Positions 12,581 through 27,149 are shown, counted from the first letter of the stretch. The stretch is 64,000 bases of DNA from Eledone cirrhosa (GCA_964016885.1 OZ024743.1:143902001-143966000), one strand, 5' to 3'. The notes: generated by a model not told the origin, from the letters alone. A program made the numbers and translations.

Positions 12581-14662
12581 ATGTCATTTATTAGAGTCTA
12601 GACTTAATTTGAACTGTAGACTTAATTCTGAATGGTGGACTTAATTTTGGGTAGTAGACTTAACTTAGGTAGTATATTTTAGTTGTCATCTGGTTTAACA
12701 CCACCACTTGTGTACCTTTAGCAAAGTCCACTCTTTTTCAAGCATTTGGACTGAGCCTCCAGTTTTAGGATATTTTTCTTCCTTCCTCTCATCAGTCTTG
12801 GGAGGCCTTGAGGACCATGGCACTGCCTCCCCCCCCCCTCTCTGAAAAAAAACAAAACCAAACGAAATTTTCTTTGTCTATATCTTTACAAAATTGATTT
12901 ATTTCTCAATAACCAACTTCTCCTCCTCCCCATTTACCTGAATGTCAAATGCAAGTATAAAGGAGTTTTGATTAATTTCTCTGCTTCTGGCAGTTTCATC
13001 TCATTATGGTTCCTTTAGGGTGGTGAATTGCCAGAATCATTAGAGCATTAGACAAAATACTTTGCAGCATTTAGTTACATCCCTTTATGTTCTGAGTGCA
13101 AATCCCACCAGATGACTGGATCATCAAGTGATTGGATGAGAGGAGTGATGGAAATAAATGTAAAGGAAGCAAATAAATGTGAAACCAAGAAAAACATAGC
13201 TAAAGATATTGGAGGAATGAATTAAAACCAGGGGTGTAGAAGGGTAGAATGGAGAAGCTTGTTCACAAGGTTAACCTCTGCTTTAGCAGAGAAAATGACC
13301 TTAAAAGGATTTTTGTTGTTTTGTAAGCTTCACTTTATTTAAACTAAAATCCAGTTTGCTTTGTATTTCACATACATAGTTTGTACTCATGAAAATGTAA
13401 CCCCAATATGTTTAAATAGAATGTTTGTTTACACTTTATTTATTATATAATATATTGCAATTTAGTAAATGGTAGCTCCTTGATACATGTTCTTAATGGT
13501 TCACCACATTTCTGACTGAAAGTAACATGGGAGCGTCTGTAACTTGCTAGAGAAAAAAATGTCATAAGTGACTTTGTTGGAAAAGTACCAGCTTTTCTGT
13601 TTTCTCCATGATGCTTATATCCACCGACAATGTACATTGGGGGTAAGATACATACATACATAAAAAGACATAAAACGACAATGTTAAACAAGAAACCAAA
13701 TAAAGAAGTTGCGTTCCATCAACAAAATTATGGGTGAATGTTTACAATAAATTAAAGTCCCTACATTTTGGCATACTAATGGCTATCTATATGCCCTAGC
13801 AACGATAGCAAAGTGTTTTCTTTGTGATAATAGAGATGTTAACTGAAACAAAACAATACAAAAAGGCCATCATATACTTCAAAATTAGAAAAAAAGATTG
13901 CTGACTTATGAAAAACTAGAAAAAGCACCCAGTCCACCCTAAGAAGTGGTAGTGGTTGTGCCGCGATAAAATGCACTTGGAGTGAAGTGGTTGTCATTAA
14001 CAAAGGCATCCAGCTGTAGAAACCATGCCAAAATTGAACATATGAGCAAAACACAGTCATCTGACCTGTGTAGCCTCAGAACATGATTACCCATCAAGCA
14101 TAGAAAATACACATAAAAACTGTGATGATGATGATGTCTTCCTAAGATAACATAAATCTGCTTTAAATTGTTTACCTCCCACTCATCTTTACCTAGGTGA
14201 GTGACTTACCTAACTCCTCTTGAAGAAGCAAAGGTTTATCCCATCTTGGTGTCTACTATTGCAGCGGTTGAAGTCAATTAACATATTTTGTATGGATCAT
14301 ACTTTCAGCTATACATCCTTCTCGATGAAACAAACTCTTCATTTACACTTATTCAAATGAAATATACTGATAAGCCAAAAAATATCATTAATTTAAGTTC
14401 CAAACATCAGCTCAATTTCAAGCTGCCTGGAACCACCCCTAGTTCTATAGTACAAATCTATTTAAAAGAGTTAAAAGCCTTCTATCAAAATTTTGTTAAT
14501 TTACATTTTCAAACAGCAACATGATAGTGAGAAATTTAGTTATATTACTAAATCTTTTCAAATTTTGATTATCTTCAACATTATTTGAAAATCAGACTAA
14601 TTTTGAAAATAATCAAGAACTTAGTGGTATTAATAAAATAACTGGTTTTGTCATTTATTATA

Positions 14663-15056
14663 TTAACCCATTTTGTTACCATATTTTAAATGAAAAATCT
14701 TGTCTATGATTTTCAAATAATGTTGAAGATAATCAAAATTTGAAAAGATTTAGTAATGTAACTAAATTTCTCACTATCATGTTGCTGTTTGAAAATGTAA
14801 ATTAACAAAGGTTCTTACATAAAATGTTGATAGAAGGCTTTTAACTCTTTTAAATAAATAGATGTATTTTAAATAGATTTGTATTATAGAACTAGGGGTG
14901 GTTTCAGGCAGCTTGAAATTGAGCTGATGTTTGGAACTTAAATTAATGATATTTTTTGGCTTAAAAATTATGATTGGAAGATTTTATTTAAATTTGAATG
15001 CTTTAAAACAAGTGATTTTGTATAGTACCAGGTGGGTTGGTATCAAATGAATTAAT
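14663..15056. mobile_element. piggyBac-type MITE, family 2 (copies at 32638-32662 + 36815-36975, 38720-38915, 39445-39600, 40690-40847)
   Basis: TTAACCC..TTGTTACC ... GGTATCAAA..TTAA ends; shared internal sequence. Confidence 0.65.
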
Positions 15057-15081
15057 CAAATAAAATCCATGTTATTTTCAG

Positions 15082-15140
15082 ATGGTTTGAAAATGGCTTG
15101 TGGCAACCCAAAATGTGAGACACTGCTAAGAGCTACACGG
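15082..15140 (+). CDS. PLEKHG5: PLEKHG5-like RhoGEF, first recognisable coding exon (GLKMACGNPKCETLLRATR; candidate ATG at 15093)
   Basis: ttttcag acceptor, CGG|gtacgt donor, phase 0 into the next exon. Supplies the first Cys pair of the Zn-binding motif. The frame is open upstream, so an earlier coding exon may exist. Confidence 0.75.
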
Positions 15141-16799
15141 GTACGTTCCAGTAATTATTTTTCTTCTCTCTTTTTCATTAAAGTTTTTAATTTAGAAGTT
15201 TAATGATTGCTGATTATACAATAGCTACTTTAAATGCACTATTGTATTTACAATTGCTGCAAATTGGCAGGGTTGTTAAGGGTATCAGATAGGCCTTATG
15301 ATATTCCTTCTGGCTCTCTGAACACTGGATTTAAATTCTGACTAGGTCAACTATGCTATTCATCTTTTCAGGGTTGGTAAATAAAGTACAAGTCAAGGCA
15401 CGTGGATTGGCAAAATTGCTAGTTTGGGATATATTACTGTGATATATTTGGTCCTTGGCATTCTGATTTCACCTGTGATGTCACAGGTGCCAAGCTATTA
15501 AACCTTTCCTTTCTCTTAGACAATATCAGTGTCATGGAGAGAGGTGACTTGCTCAGCCCTACACCTCGGAGAGAAACTTTTAAAGTGCATATCCATGACT
15601 TCATGAGACATAAAGAGGCCCAGATTGTATATATATTTGTTTCATGATATAAGTTTGTTATTTCATGAAACCTTTAGTTGCAATGGATTTTTGTGTGTGC
15701 AAATCATAATATATGGTAACCAGTTTAGAAAGAAGACTGGAATACTACTTCATGTAAATGAATCACTCAGCATGGCCAGAAGGCCACAGCAACTGTTTTA
15801 TTTTCAGACACAAAGCAAATACCAATACCTGTACCAACCTACCCATCTTCCAAAATGTTCTTTCTTTCTCTCCATCAATCACTTTACAGGGATCACTGCA
15901 TGTGTTTTATCATGGCATCAACACTAAAGAGGTTGTCTTGGTTACTGTAGACTTAAAGCAACCTCTCCACTCCATGCAGTCTCTTATCTCTCACATTATT
16001 TACCTTTAGCATCCCAATGCTTGTACAGGTAATCAGGCCTTCTCTAGCATAGTGTGTTGCCAGTTAGCACAATCCTGTGTCATTTTTGTTTCTTGAAGTC
16101 ATTCTTCTCAACTTATTCCAGGGTTTCCCTCTTCCACAGGTTCCATCTACTAAAAGCACTTAGTGCTCCTTTATACAACTCTCTCTCCCTCTGTGCATCA
16201 CATTTTTGCAGGTCCAATCATCTCTTACATGCTATGTCTGATTTTTTCAGTTCACTAACATTATACATTCAGTGAAGTATACATGCTTTATTTCTCTCCA
16301 GCCATCACAAATATTTTGTATTCATGGTTCATGTCTCACTACTGTGCAATGTAGCAGTTTGAATACTAGCATATTGCAATTTGCTCTTCACTCTGAAATG
16401 AAGCCCCTTATCATCAGAGGTATAAATTCCATGAACTTCGTCCAACCTGCTCCCATTTTGGCTACAACACTACTACTTCTAGTGAGCCTTCTGAGCATTA
16501 GGGGAGTATAATTTTCCCAGTAATCTTATTGTTAATCTTATGCACCTGTCACATATGAAGTCAACCTTCCTTGTCAACCTAACAGGATCCTACTCCAACC
16601 CCGGGTACAAAATAATCCTTTTCTGCATACTAAGTATGGTCATTTCCATGATGGTAGTAGAATCTTATCCTCTTTCTAACTTATTAAGACTTTTGTCTTT
16701 GCAAGGTTTACTTTGGCACCTTTAGATTCCAGCTCTTGTATCCCCTGACGATATCTAATTGTCTGGCTCATTATAATTATTATATATATATGTATATAT

Positions 16800-18045
16800 A
16801 TGTCGTCATCATCATCACCACCATTGTTTATGTCCATTTTCCACACTACCATGGGTTACACAGGTCATCCCATTGTGGTAAGTTGTGTCAAGTGCCCCGT
16901 GTCTTACTCGTATAGGACTTTTCTGGCTAGGTTTCTACGGCTGGATCCCCTTCCTAATGCCAACCACATTTACAGTGCGTGCTCAGTGTTTTTAGCTGTG
17001 ACTTGTACATGACCACTTTACAGTGTGGGCTGGGTGCTTTTTGTTGTGACACCTCCATGACCACTTTACAGCGTGTGCTGGATATATTTTGTTCACAGTG
17101 TAAGGGTGGTGTGGACAGGAGTGGGTGGTTGGGGGTATAGTAGTTAAGAGGTGCCTACTAGGTGTACGTTTGAGTCTGTGCGCATGGGAAGGCGTGTCTT
17201 CTGTATTACTGTATAATGCCAAAGGTCTTGATCTTGTGTCATTGTCTTTGAGAGGTTCAGTTGCACAAGGTCAGCTTTTATCGCCTTGTCCCAATTCTTC
17301 CTGGGTCTTATACTCCAAAGCTTCCACCAATGTTGATTGCCCTGCACCTTTTTATACAACTGTCATCCTTCATATGTATCACATGACCATACTAGCACAA
17401 TCTCCTCTCTTGCATACTGCATCTGATCCCTATTATACCTAATTTCTCTCTTAGGTCATTTACACTTTGCCGCGTATATTACTATTACACACCCATGCAT
17501 GCTTCATTTCTTTCCAGTCTTTGTAGGTCCTCTGCACACGGTGTCCAGGTCTCACTACCATACAACATTGCTGTTTGTATACATGCATCATACAATTTGT
17601 TCTTCATTTTAAGGAAAAAACCCTTTTGTAGCTAGTAGTAGTAGTAGCTCTCTGAACTTTCTCCATCCCGTTCTTACTCTGGCTACTGTATTTTCGGAAC
17701 ACCCTCCTCCACTGCTTATTTCCTCACCCAGGTAACGGAAAGAGTCGACTATTTCTATAGTACCATCAGGGTATTTAAAGGAGCAAGTGTCCTGTGGGCA
17801 CTTGCTACTTACTGTACTTGAGCATCAGCCACATATAAAGCTTACGTTCTTTGCTAGTCTGCCTGTCATTCCACTACATCTTTTATGTACCCATAGCTTG
17901 CATTTAGGACATAGGATGGAATTTCTACCTACTCCTTTCCTGCACACCGAGCAAGGCTATATCCCAGAAGGGATCTGGACTTTGTTTTCCTTTCTACATA
18001 CTAGGACTTTAGTCTTTGACAAGTTAACTTAAAGACCTTTTGATT
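16800..18045 (-). mobile_element. Truncated RTE LINE 3' part
   Basis: Homologous to 58790-60050; (GAT)n tail near 16803. Confidence 0.8.
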
Positions 18046-18058
18046 ATATATATATATA

Positions 18059-18871
18059 TCAAAATGAAAATCCGAAGGCAAGGTAAAATTTCCAATCATT
18101 TAAAATCACATTTAAAGACACATGTTTCAATAAGAGATAGATCGATCATGAAGCCATGATCGATTATCACTGATCTCGTAAGGTGAAAATGAATTGTCTT
18201 CAAAATACGGCGACTGCCATCATCTTCAGTTAAGGTCATAAAACTATCAAGTTTCTATATCCCAATAGTTGCAAATCTGTAGAATTACATAGAATTGGAT
18301 GTTACAATTCAATCTATACACGTATAGCAGAACACTGAACTTACTTGCTTGTGTATGGGGTTGCGGTTGATCCAATATTTCCAATTTACATCGTTAAATT
18401 GAGATTTAACCAATGTAACATTTGTTGTTTTGTAAACTAACTTTTGGTGAATACTATGTTGGTATATTCTTATATTTATTATTTTTTTCTTTGACATCGC
18501 TTCGGTGTGTGTGTACCCACTCACACACTAATTGTGACCATCTATAGTTCTGCAGATCTGATACTGTGTTTGTAAGTGTATATATATTTTTTCTTTGACC
18601 CCGAGTCGCTGTGTGTGGTAGTTTATGACCTTAACTGAAGATGATGGCAGTCGCCGTATTTTGACTGTTTGGTCTTCATATGAGGGAATAAACTCTGTGA
18701 GTGAACATTGCTAATTTTCTCCCTCAAATCAAGAATTTACAATTCATTTTCACCTGACGAGATCAGTGATAATCGATCATGGCTTCACAATTGATCTATC
18801 TCTTATTGAAACATGTGTCGAGATTAAAATGATTGGAAATTTTACCTTACCTTCAGATTTTCATTTTGATA
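18059..18871. repeat. Inverted-repeat element with a hammerhead-like motif (18754-18819)
   Basis: Arms 18059-18243 and 18622-18871; CTGACGA...GAAACATGTGTC. Confidence 0.8.
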
Positions 18872-19004
18872 CTAATACTCCGTTTTACATCATCTAGCTG
18901 TTCCCTTGAATGGAATTGGAGATATACAAAAGCGTGGAGAACTTAATATTGCTAACATAAATTTATTGGACCATTTTACACAACCAATAATACACCTTAC
19001 TATA

Positions 19005-19332
19005 TCATCATTCATCATCATTTAATTTTACGTCCGCTTTTTCCCTGCTTGCAAGGGTGGGACGGGAACTAATTCTGGCTCGGTTTCTACAGCTGGATGC
19101 CCTTCCTAACACCAACCTCATTTACAGTGAGTGCTGGGTGCTTTTTTGCCGTGGCACCTCCACGACCACTTTACAGTGGAATGATAGGGACTCCAGTCCC
19201 TATCATCTCATTTCTACAGCTGAGTAAACTGGAGCAATATGAAATAAAGTGTCTTGCTCAAGGAAACAACACATCACCCGGTCTGAGAATTGAACTCACA
19301 ACCTTTTGATTGCAAAGCCAATGCTCTAACCA

Positions 19333-19335
<3 letters not shown>
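19005..19335 (-). mobile_element. Same RTE-tailed SINE family (5'-truncated + copy at 8928-9258)
   Basis: Near identical to 28605-28927. Confidence 0.85.
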
Positions 19336-19377
<42 letters not shown>

Positions 19378-21137
19378 TAGCTGAATCTATGGCAGAATCA
19401 GAGAAGAAATTCCAAACCTGGAAGTGTGACCTAGAATCAAAAGGTCTTAAAGTTAACTTGTCAAAGACTAAAGTCCTACTATGTAGAAAGGAAAATAGGG
19501 TTCAGATCCTCTGGGAAATGGCCTTGCTCAGTGTGCAGGAAAGGAATAGGTAGAAATATGTCCCAAATGGAAGCTATGGGTACATAAAAGATGTAGGTAC
19601 ATAAAAGATGTAGTGAGATCACAGGCAGGCTAACAAAGAACGTAGGCTTTATATGCAGCTTTTTTTTTTTACTAGGTAAGTATGGAGCAATGGGCAGGCC
19701 TTACGGCCTAAGTGGGCTTTATGAGACTGAAGATATTGATGTGTTGATGTTCTGCTTAAACTGTTGCTGGATCACTTTTTTAGGAAAGGCACAAACCGGG
19801 AGGAAGTTTCTAAGGTTTGATGTTCAGAAAAGGAACGACTAGGTGTAGCTGTTAATGTAGTAACAACACAAGACATTGCCTAAAGTACCATATAGTTGAA
19901 TCTGAAACCCCAATAAATGAAAAAAAAACAAGGCTGTCCAAAAATTTAGTTTGTTGGCAATGTGTAGTTTGGTACAGACTTGATAAGGTCACTGAGAACT
20001 TGACCCTCTGATTTCAACTATGGGTCATTTGCAGTCATGTATGTACACACGCACACACACAGACACACACACTCTCTCTGATCAGTTAGTGACATTTATA
20101 TTACCTACCAGGATGTCACCAATACTTCTCAGTCACTTCTTATCACCACTTGGGTATTCTTTAAATCTCATCACCATGGAGTATGAATGGTGGTGTTGGT
20201 GGTGGCAGTGGTAGTGGTAGAGATGATAGTGGTGTGAGGATGGTGGCGGTGGGGTGGGGGTGGCAGAGACAGTGAAGAAAAAAGTAGTTGTGGAGGCAGT
20301 GGATGTTGTGAGGCAGCAGTGAGAGAGCAAGTAGTTGTGATGGCATTGGTGCTGATGGTGGTGGTGGTAGTGATGGCAGTGGTAGCAATAGTGGCAGTAG
20401 CAATGATGGCAATGGTCATTATGAAGCAGCAGTGAGAGAGGAAGTGGTAATAGTGGCACTGGTGGCAGTGATAGTGGTGGTAGTGATGGCAATGATTGTA
20501 GGAGCTGTGATGAGGGTGACAGTGTCTGATCAAGCAATAAAACCATAATAATATTAAAGAAAACCCCAGCCTGTCAGAACTGCTGAAGAGTCTAACTTAC
20601 TCCACTTGAATGTCCTTAATCAGAAATCCAGAGACAATTTCCTTTTGACACCTATTTTCTACTTAAATCCTCTGCGTATAAGTGTGTGTGTGTATGTGTG
20701 TGTGCTACAACCATCACTCACACTCAGGTATGAATTGGTAGTATGTACTATGCTTTTGTTAAGGGTTTTAGGAACCCTTGCAGTCACAAGCAGACAAACA
20801 CCCCTGCAACCCCATCCCATGATCCAGCAGAGCGTCCAGGATGTGACAGGCAGAAGGAGAGATGGCTGCACCAGCACTGGGATGGTACTTTAGTAACCCT
20901 AAAAGGATAAAAGGCAAAGTGGACCCTAACAAGATTTGAACTCAAAATACAGAGACTCAGAACAAATATCATGATGCCAACTCTTATTTGTCTTTTAAGG
21001 TACTGACCTTCACACATTTGATTGCTGAACTATAGGACTTCTGTTTATGTGGTACATAATCAAATATTAATACCTGTGCTAACAATGTCAAAGCTGAAAA
21101 GACGTTCACACACACACACACACACACTCTCTCTCTC

Positions 21138-21198
<61 letters not shown>

Positions 21199-22559
21199 AA
21201 TATGGAACAGCTTTTCTTCCGACCCTGTTTTATTAAAAGCATGACTCCACTCAAAATTTTATTTTTTTATTAAGAATTTTTGGGATTTCCTTATTAGTTA
21301 TTTGTTTAGTATACAACAGAATTGTTCCTAACTCCTTAAGGCTATCAACGTTTCAAGACTTCCACTGCCCCATCATCAGAATAAGAATGATAACATTGTT
21401 CTTGTACTTTGCATTGTTTCCAAAAAACCATTAGAGTAATAATATAAATCATCATCATCCTCATAATAATTTTACATCTCTTTGCATGCTGGCAAGAGTT
21501 GGTCAGGTTATTATGATATCATATAAGAAAATAAGTAGGAAAGGACATTAGTATGTTACTGTGAATCCCAGTAAGGGTTGTTAGTTGATACACCTTACAT
21601 TTACAGTGGTTGTCTTAATATGGTTGTTATTAATAACACAACATTTAGAGAGGCTGTTGCTAGCCAGCCTACTGTTGATACCTATTATCCAGTATGTAAA
21701 CTGAGGCAACAGAATTAACTGTCATGTTGAGTATTAGTAACACAATGATATAGCCAATGCAGTTGAATCTGATAGTCTGACACTCTATTTATTTATTTTC
21801 TTTCATAGAATAACATTTTTTCATGCTTTAGTTCAACATTTATTTTTCTTCTCTGGACTGATTTCAACAGCATATTACATGGTAGGTGGTTTTCTAAGCA
21901 TATTTATGTAAGTGTATGGATATAGCAGAAGTTGAATTAACAATAGTTGGTGAATTGGCAGAATTGTTAGACCATTGAAGAAAATGCTTTGCAGTATTAA
22001 TTCCAGTTGCTTGGGTTTTGAGTTCAAATCCTACTGAAGTCAACTGTGTCTTTCATCATTCCAGTGTTGATAAAATAGTAGTCTAGAGCAGTGGACTAGC
22101 TGAATCATTAGGAGAAGTCTCGTATTCTCAGTTGTTTAAAGCTATGTGAAACCAGAGTAAGCTCTGAGCTGATGGAATGGACCCCCATTGGTTTCAGTGA
22201 TGAGTGTGCCTGTTGTTTATCAACAGAACAGCTTACTCATCAAATTAACATGCAAGTGGCTCACCAGTCTACAGACACATGTACTCTTAATGTAATTCTC
22301 AGGGAGATTCAGTATGACACTGTGTGACCAGCCCTGCCCTTTGAATTACAAGCACAGTCCATCTGATGGGATTCCAAACAGTTTCCAGCTCTCCCATTTC
22401 ACTCTCAATGCATTTACAACCTGAAGCTATGGTAAATGACAGTTGCCCAAGATGCCACACAGTGGAATCAAGCCTGGGACCTAATGATTATGAAGTGAAT
22501 TTTTTAGCCATTTGGTTGTGCTGAAACCACATTCCAGGCTTGAAATCGACTTGAAATTT

Positions 22560-22790
22560 TTAACCCTTTAGCATTTAAACCGGCCATATTTGGCCTGAGT
22601 TCTCTCACCTCTTTCTGTTCAAACCGGCTGTAGCTGGCCACTCATACTTATGTTAAGGTATTGTTCTCAAAATAAATAATATTAAAATTTCATAGATTCG
22701 ATATCATGTGAGATAATTATTTGACATAAAGCCTTTACTGTGAAAATACAATAGTATATATATAGAATAATGTAAATGCTAAAGTGTTAA
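22560..22790. mobile_element. piggyBac-type MITE (second copy ~31627-31830)
   Basis: TTAA-CCCTTTAGCATTTA ... TAAATGCTAAAGTG-TTAA. Confidence 0.75.
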
Positions 22791-22809
22791 GCAAGCAGAT
22801 ATATTTTAA

Positions 22810-23350
22810 GGATATAAACATGTTAAGCATGTAAATGTTTGAAGCATATAAACACATTTTAACTTTTAAAATTCTGTACCACATGAAACCGAATTAGCAT
22901 GACATTCTTGAAAAGTACCAGCACTAACTGCATCACATTCAAAATTAAAGTCTTCACTTTAGCTTACTCCAAATTTCCTTAAAGTTTTGTGTATTTGTAA
23001 AGGTACTATAAACATTTGAATTAACATTTTTAGATATTTTCTGCTAAATCCTTACATGATGTTAGCATGTAAACACATATTAAACATGTAAACATGTTTT
23101 AAGCTTGTAAAGATGTTTAAAAACATGTAAACATGTTTAAAAACTTGTAATTACATTTTAAGTATGTAAATATGTTTTATGCACATAAACATATTATAAG
23201 GATTCAAACTTGTAAATATGTAATTGTGTTTACATGTAATAACATTTTTAGCATATAAATGTCTTAAATATGCAAAAGATGTTTTAGATTTGTTAAAGAT
23301 GCTTTCAACTATTAAACATGCTTACAAGCTAAAGCTGAAGCATATAAACA
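22810..23350. repeat. Degenerate minisatellite of TAAACATGTT-like units
   Basis: Recurring (GT)AAACATGTTTAA motifs. Confidence 0.7.
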
Positions 23351-23743
23351 GTATGCCCCACCCCATCCCACTGTAAAGTGGTCGTGTAGGTGTCATGACA
23401 AAAGCGACCAGTCCACACTGTAAAGTGGTTGTGTAGGTGCCATGGTAAAAAGCACCCAGTACTTACAGTAAATGAGGTTGTGTTAGGAAGGGTATCCAGC
23501 TGTAAAACTCAAGCCAAAATCAGTTCTGTTTGAGCAAGACATGGTCACCTGACCTGGCATTGCCCACAATAGGACGTAAAACGATGATGATGATGATGAT
23601 TTAATAGTTACTTCTTGTTTGAAATATTGTTTCAAATGTTATTGTCCTCCCTGTTAATTTAGTTTTATTTATCTAGCAGTTGAAACACACTGAAACATTT
23701 CTAGTTTCAGTGTGTTTCAAGATGATTTTGTTTTAATTTCTAG

Positions 23744-23870
23744 GAGTGTCATCATCCACAATGCACAGTAAATGGAAAGCATATACGGCTGTGTAGAATC
23801 TGTGACAAAAATCTCCACAAATCAGAAGATTATCAAGGACATTTGGTTCTAGATTTGAACTGTACTAGAG
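23744..23870 (+). CDS. PLEKHG5: PLEKHG5-like exon (ECHHPQCTVNGKHIRLCRICDKNLHKSEDYQGHLVLDLNCTR)
   Basis: tttctag acceptor, AG|gtaatt donor, 127 nt. Resembles the recalled PLEKHG5 N-terminal motif CHHPEC...LCxxCDxxFHxxxxYDGHVRFDL. Confidence 0.85.
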
Positions 23871-25010
23871 GTAATTACATTTTTTTTTTTGTTGATATTG
23901 ACAGAGATATTTTGATGGATTGAATGCTTTGCCGTATTTGTTCTAGCTCTCAGATCTCTGAATTCAAATCCAAATGAGGTCAAATTTGCCCGTTACCCTT
24001 TTCGGGGTTGATAAAATAAAGTACTAATCCAGGGGTGTTGGATTGATGGAATGTTAGAACATTGGAAGAGATGCTTTGTGGTATATCTATTTCTGCTCTG
24101 TGCATTATGAGTTCAAATTCCACCTCATGTCACTAGTTTGAAAAAAAAACAACCTTTTGAGATCTGGCAGAATTGGTGAGGACTTAAGAAAGTGCTCAAA
24201 TATTATGTTTGATCATTCTCATTGATAGCATACTAGCTGATAGAGGAGGAGAATACAAAGGGACATTTGAATCTTGTGCACTCTATTTTATTATTGAATT
24301 GTCAGTTCTGCTTGAGCAAATTACTGGTGCACTAAGTGTTTTGTCTTAATGCTGTATTGATCTTACAGAATAATTTTTATAGTTTTGTAGTCAATGCTGT
24401 ATGTCTATAACAGTCAACAAAAAGTGGGCCATTGACTCATTCTCTGAGAACCTTTAGCCTTTTCAAATTTTTATATGTAAGATATGATATAATATACACA
24501 TGGGCCATGGATAAAACTAAAACAAAACTTTGAAAGTGAGCCATTATGAAAAAGATAAAGTTGTTGATCCCTGATCTAGCCAAATACAAGCACCATATCT
24601 TTATATACAATATCTTTGTAGACAGAAAAAGTGTGATCAGTCTATAATGTAGGCTATTCCAACTGTGACTATCCCTTTTTATTTTTCATAAAGTATAAAT
24701 TACCAATGTGCATTTTTAAAAAAAATAGTCTAATTTGAAAGGACTGCTATCTTTTGTATGTTCACCTGTTTATCTATTTATTTATCTCCCTCTTCACATG
24801 TCTAACTTTGGTCAGTCTCTCTCTCTCTCTCTATATATATATATACGGTCTGATTGAACCTATATAAGATGTCTGATAGTATACAGTTATATAACTGCTA
24901 TAGATCAGTCAATATGTCAATATGATCAACCCTCAAAAACGATCGTAAAACAATGATATGAATAGGTAAAATAACTTGACTTAGTTATTATTCTCATTGT
25001 TAAATTAATA

Positions 25011-25063
<53 letters not shown>

Positions 25064-25347
25064 GGAGGTGAGTTTTATTGTAGTACAATAAAGCAATGCA
25101 GATATCGGATAAGAAGCACTCTACAGTTTGTAAGACTGGAGTATCAAAAGATGGTTAAATGAGTTCCATGTATTTTATTATGCGCATTTCAAAAACAAAT
25201 ATCATCATGCAATAACATTTGTGTTTTCATCAGATAAAATAGGAAGACATGGTATGAAGGTTAAAAACACTTGTGGATAGTGCAGTTATATGTTGATTTA
25301 AAATTGCACTATCCACAAGTGTTTTTAACCTTCATATCATGTCTTCC

Positions 25348-25418
25348 TATTTTATCTGATGAAAACACAAATGTTATTGCATGATGATATTTGTTTTTGA
25401 AATGCGCATAATAAAATA
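25348..25418 (+). ncRNA. Minimal type I hammerhead ribozyme motif (antisense twin at 25171-25241)
   Basis: TATTTTAT-CTGATGA-~16-bp stem II-GAAA-TGCGCA-TA-ATAAAATA. Confidence 0.8.
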
Positions 25419-25660
25419 CATGGAACTCATTTAACCATCTTTTGATCTTATATATTATATATATATATATATATAAATATATATAAATATAAATTATCGA
25501 GAATCGGCCCACGAAATAACGAAAAACAACCTCCGAGATGTGTGGCAAGTGCTCAATGATTCAGATGAACCAGAGCTATAACAAACGTTAAAGGCCAAAC
25601 ACACTGAGACGATGGTTAAACAATCATTCGCATAGCCAAAAAAACGATCAAGTAATTCGG

Positions 25661-25695
<35 letters not shown>

Positions 25696-25947
25696 TATAC
25701 AATACAGAGAAACAGCATTGCAACCATAAAAATGCAAGGACAGGAATAAACAAAATAAACACCCAAACAAAAGACAGACACATGCATATTAAACATGCAC
25801 TCACATAGACATCTAATTAATATTGGATGATATAACTATGATAGAGCAGAGATGGAGTTGAAGAAATGTTGAAGTAAATGAGATACAGTGCTAGAATATA
25901 AGAACATTCTATGATTGTATTGTTTAAGTATGTTTTATATATATATA

Positions 25948-26665
25948 TCATCATCATCATCATCATCGTTTTACATCCATTCTTCCATGCTAGCATGGGT
26001 TAGACGGGTTGTCCTGTTGTGGCCAATGTTAGGTCAGGTGACCTTGTCTTGCTCAAACGAGGTAATGGAAACTATCTACTACTTCTACTGAGCTTTCTGG
26101 GCATTTAAAGGAGTTAGTATCCTGTGGGCTGTTGATACTTATTGCACCTGTGCAACAACCACATATAAAACCAGCATTTTTTGCTAGCTTACCTGAAATC
26201 CCACTACATCTCTTGTGCATTTGGGGCATAAGATCGAATTTCTACCTACTTCTTTCCTACCGTACTGAGCAAGGCCATTTCCCTGAGGGAATCGGGTCCC
26301 TGTTGCCCTTTCTATATACTAGAACTTAGTTCTTTGCCAGGTTAACTTTAAGACCTTTACATTCTAGGCCTTGCTTCCAGGTTTGGAATTATTTCTCTAG
26401 ATCTGTCATAGATTCAGCTATAAAGGTTAGACCATCTGCACACAGAAGCTGCCATGGGCAGCCAGTCTTAAACTCTTCTGTTATAGCCTGCAGAATGATG
26501 ATAAACAGGAGAGGGCTAAGAATGGAGCCTTTATGTACTCTTATCTGAACGCTAAATTCTTCACTATAGTCATTGTTAATGCTAACCTTGCTGACTGTTC
26601 CTGTGTACATGGCTTGTACTGCTCTCACAAGCTACTCATCTACCCCTAGTTTTCTAAGAGCCCAC
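25948..26665 (-). mobile_element. Internally deleted RTE fragment
   Basis: LSPLLFIIILQAITEEFKTGCPWQLL. Confidence 0.8.
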
Positions 26666-27149
26666 CAGATAATGGAATGGGAGACAAATACACAAAACAA
26701 GGCTGCACTGGACAGCTAGGCTAGTAAGCCAGTGACTGAAAATAAAGTAAATCATCACAGGGCAAACGTGGGCTCCATAAGCCATGGAGAAGGCATCCCA
26801 TCTATGAGAGCCATGACTCCAAATAAAATGCGACTGCATGGGGTAGAAGTGGACTCCGTAAGCTGAAAAGTAGGCAACTACTCACTCTGAGTAAAAGCTG
26901 ATACAGGGTAGAAAGGACCCTTCAATCCAATAAGACAACCAAAGTGGTTGGTGCTAGGAAAGGCATTCTGCCAGTAAAACCTTGTCAAAACTTTGCAAAG
27001 TACAACACAAATCTCTTACGAATTGTATATGCAGGACTAACTAGTCATTTTAGTGGGGTGGCTAACTTAGCCATGTGTGAAAACCCTTTGATCATCATCA
27101 ATCAACCACACACCCTTATTCCATTCCAAGTACAAAGCACTACAAAGGG

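Noticed and set aside
12595-12680. Short ~21-bp tandem repeats (GTAGACTTAATT) resembling a CRISPR array
   Set aside because: Eukaryotic minisatellite; no unique spacers and no cas genes.
21340-21385. - strand CTGATGA...GAAACGTT hammerhead-like string
   Set aside because: Stems I and II pair poorly; cannot be distinguished from chance or heavy decay.
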